Positions 62,396 through 64,000 of a stretch of 64,000 nt of DNA are shown piece by piece. The stretch is taken from contig OZ241993.1 in the NCBI GenBank assembly GCA_965204575.1, positions 896,001 to 960,000 of the forward strand, written 5' to 3'. The first letter of the stretch is position 1, and every line of letters begins with the position of its first letter. The notes beneath the pieces were generated by a model. That model ran no database searches and had not been told where the DNA came from. It saw only the letters and a list, made by a program, of their open reading frames with translations. The position numbers and the translations under genes were made by a program. Origin of the DNA: an uncultured candidatus Porisulfidus sp. (GTDB taxonomy: Bacteria; Pseudomonadota; Gammaproteobacteria; Poriferisulfidales; Poriferisulfidaceae).

Positions 62396-63166
62396 ATGCC
62401 GGCTGAGGCGATTCCAGCATTTCAGGACAATTACCTGTGGCTGATGTCCGGTCACGGGAAGGGCGTGCTCGTGGACCCGGGAGATGCCGGGCCCGTGATG
62501 GAAGCCCTTGAAACCCGGCAACTGGAACTGTCCACGATCCTGATTACCCATCACCATGCGGATCACATTGGTGGCGTGGCCGAATTGCGGTCAGCTTGGC
62601 CGAATGTTCAGGTTTTCGGGCCCGAAGATCCGAGGATTCCAGCTGACTTCCGGGTCTCCGAAGGAATGACGGTGAGCCTCGAGGCGCTGGGGCTTGGCAC
62701 GTTCGAGGTCATGGAGGTGCCGGGGCACACACGAAGCCACATTGCCTACTACGGCGGTGGCGATCTGTACTGCGGCGATACGGTGTTCGTGTGCGGCTGC
62801 GGGCGCCTGTTCGAGGGGACTCCAGAGCAGATGCATTCCTCCTTGTCCAAGATCCGCCGCTTGCCGGAAGAGACCCGGGTGTATTGCGCGCATGAATACA
62901 CGCTGGACAACGTGGAGTTCGCCCTCTGGGTCGAACCCGACAATGAAGACCTGAAGTCCTACCAGGCGGAAGCCATGACGATGCGGGAGGCGGGGACGCC
63001 TACGGTGCCTTCTACCCTTGGCCAGGAAAAGAAATGCAATCCGTTCCTGCGCTTCGATGCGCCTGCGGTGGTGGCGGCGGCGCAACGCCGCATGGGCCGG
63101 ACGGATTTGGAGGAATACGAAGTGTTCGGAGAGATCCGCCGTTGGAAAGATACGGAGTTCGACTGA
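62396..63166 (+). CDS. gloB: Hydroxyacylglutathione hydrolase (glyoxalase II)
   Basis: AFQDNYLW, THHHADHIGG, PGHT, CGRLFEG, CAHEYT, NPFLR. Confidence 0.95.
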   Translation: MPAEAIPAFQDNYLWLMSGHGKGVLVDPGDAGPVMEALETRQLELSTILITHHHADHIGGVAELRSAWPNVQVFGPEDPRIPADFRVSEGMTVSLEALGLGTFEVMEVPGHTRSHIAYYGGGDLYCGDTVFVCGCGRLFEGTPEQMHSSLSKIRRLPEETRVYCAHEYTLDNVEFALWVEPDNEDLKSYQAEAMTMREAGTPTVPSTLGQEKKCNPFLRFDAPAVVAAAQRRMGRTDLEEYEVFGEIRRWKDTEFD

Positions 63167-63181
63167 ACCGGAGGCGGTTGC

Positions 63182-64000
63182 TCAGGATCGCCGGCGGATT
63201 TTCTCCCAAGTATCGCGCAGGCTTACCGTGCGGTTGAAGATCAACCGGTCCGGTGCAGATTCCGTGTCCTGGCAAAAATACCCCTGCCTCTCGAACTGGA
63301 TGCGAATCCGCGTCGGCAGGCAGCGAATCTCCGGTTCGACCCGGCACTCCTGCATGTCGATGCGGGAATCCTCGTTAAGTGTGGTGATCAGGTCGGATTC
63401 GGCGGCTGGATCCGGCACCTTGAACAGGCGATCGTAAAGACGAACCTCGGCAGGGACGGCCTGTTCGGCCGACACCCAGTGCAGGGTCCCGCGCACCTTG
63501 CGTCCGTCCGGTGCATCCCCGCCGCGCGTCTCCGGATCGTAGGTGCAGTGCAGGGCGATGATGTCGCCATCGGCATTCCGCTCCACTTCCTGGCAGGTAA
63601 TGAAATAGGCGTAGCGCAGACGGACTTCCCGGTCCGGTGCGAGGCGGAAGAATTTCTTCGGCGGATCCTCCATGAAGTCGGACCGCTCGATGTACAGTTC
63701 GCGGCTGAACGGCACCTGGCGGGTACCCATGGAGGGATCGTTCGGGTGGTTCGGGGCCTCCAGCATTTCGGTCTGGCCCTCGGGATAGTTGGTCAAGACG
63801 ACCCGGACCGGGTCCAGGACCGCCATTAGGCGGGGCGCCTGGGCATTCAGGACGTCCCGGATGCTGTCTTCCAGCACGCTCATGGAAATGCGGCTGTCTT
63901 TCTTGGTGACGCCGATGGCGTGGCAGAAATTCCGGATTGATTCGGGGGTATAGCCCCGGCGGCGGAGGCTGCGCAGGGTCGGCAGTCGCGGGTCGTCCCA
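63182..64000 (-). CDS. glnS: Glutaminyl-tRNA synthetase, C-terminal part (runs off window end)
   Basis: WDDPRLPTLRSLRRRGYTP at the window end, EVRLRYAYF, KVRGTLHWVS, QFERQGYF, FNRTVSLRD. Confidence 0.96.
   Translation of the reverse strand, partial: WDDPRLPTLRSLRRRGYTPESIRNFCHAIGVTKKDSRISMSVLEDSIRDVLNAQAPRLMAVLDPVRVVLTNYPEGQTEMLEAPNHPNDPSMGTRQVPFSRELYIERSDFMEDPPKKFFRLAPDREVRLRYAYFITCQEVERNADGDIIALHCTYDPETRGGDAPDGRKVRGTLHWVSAEQAVPAEVRLYDRLFKVPDPAAESDLITTLNEDSRIDMQECRVEPEIRCLPTRIRIQFERQGYFCQDTESAPDRLIFNRTVSLRDTWEKIRRRS

Overview
The window is a GC-rich gammaproteobacterial chromosome segment. Its core genes are addA (partial), tRNA-Leu/secG/tpiA/glmM/ftsH, lpxH, the leuCDB-asd-fimV-truA-trpFBA-accD-folC-dedD-cvpA-purF run, murU/amgK, rpmF-plsX-fabH, uvrC-pgsA, rpsO-pnp, gloB and glnS (partial). 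The main feature is a ~15.6 kb AT-rich island at the 3' end of tRNA-Leu(GAG), bounded by a degenerate att direct repeat (360-382 vs 15946-15969) and lacking an integrase. The island encodes an epoxyalkane:coenzyme M transferase (EtnE/XecA type) and a five-gene bacterial coenzyme M biosynthesis set (xcbA-comA/xcbB-xcbC-xcbD-xcbE). It has no alkene monooxygenase, no SDR hydroxyalkyl-CoM dehydrogenase and no 2-ketopropyl-CoM oxidoreductase/carboxylase. It does carry a GMC oxidoreductase, a SauS-like acylating aldehyde dehydrogenase, a CoA-transferase-like pair apparently lacking the catalytic Glu, a Cys-type GST, a His-Glu disulfide reductase and an MFS transporter. I infer a variant CoM-dependent epoxide/C2 pathway. 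Other accessory content: toxin-antitoxin modules and remnants between core genes, a fused restriction-modification enzyme, a His/Glu-rich ZnuD-like receptor with a Zur-like box, and a ferredoxin-GST-XylA-like reductase cluster with no oxygenase partner. All family assignments come from motif recognition and recalled sequences; no searches were run.
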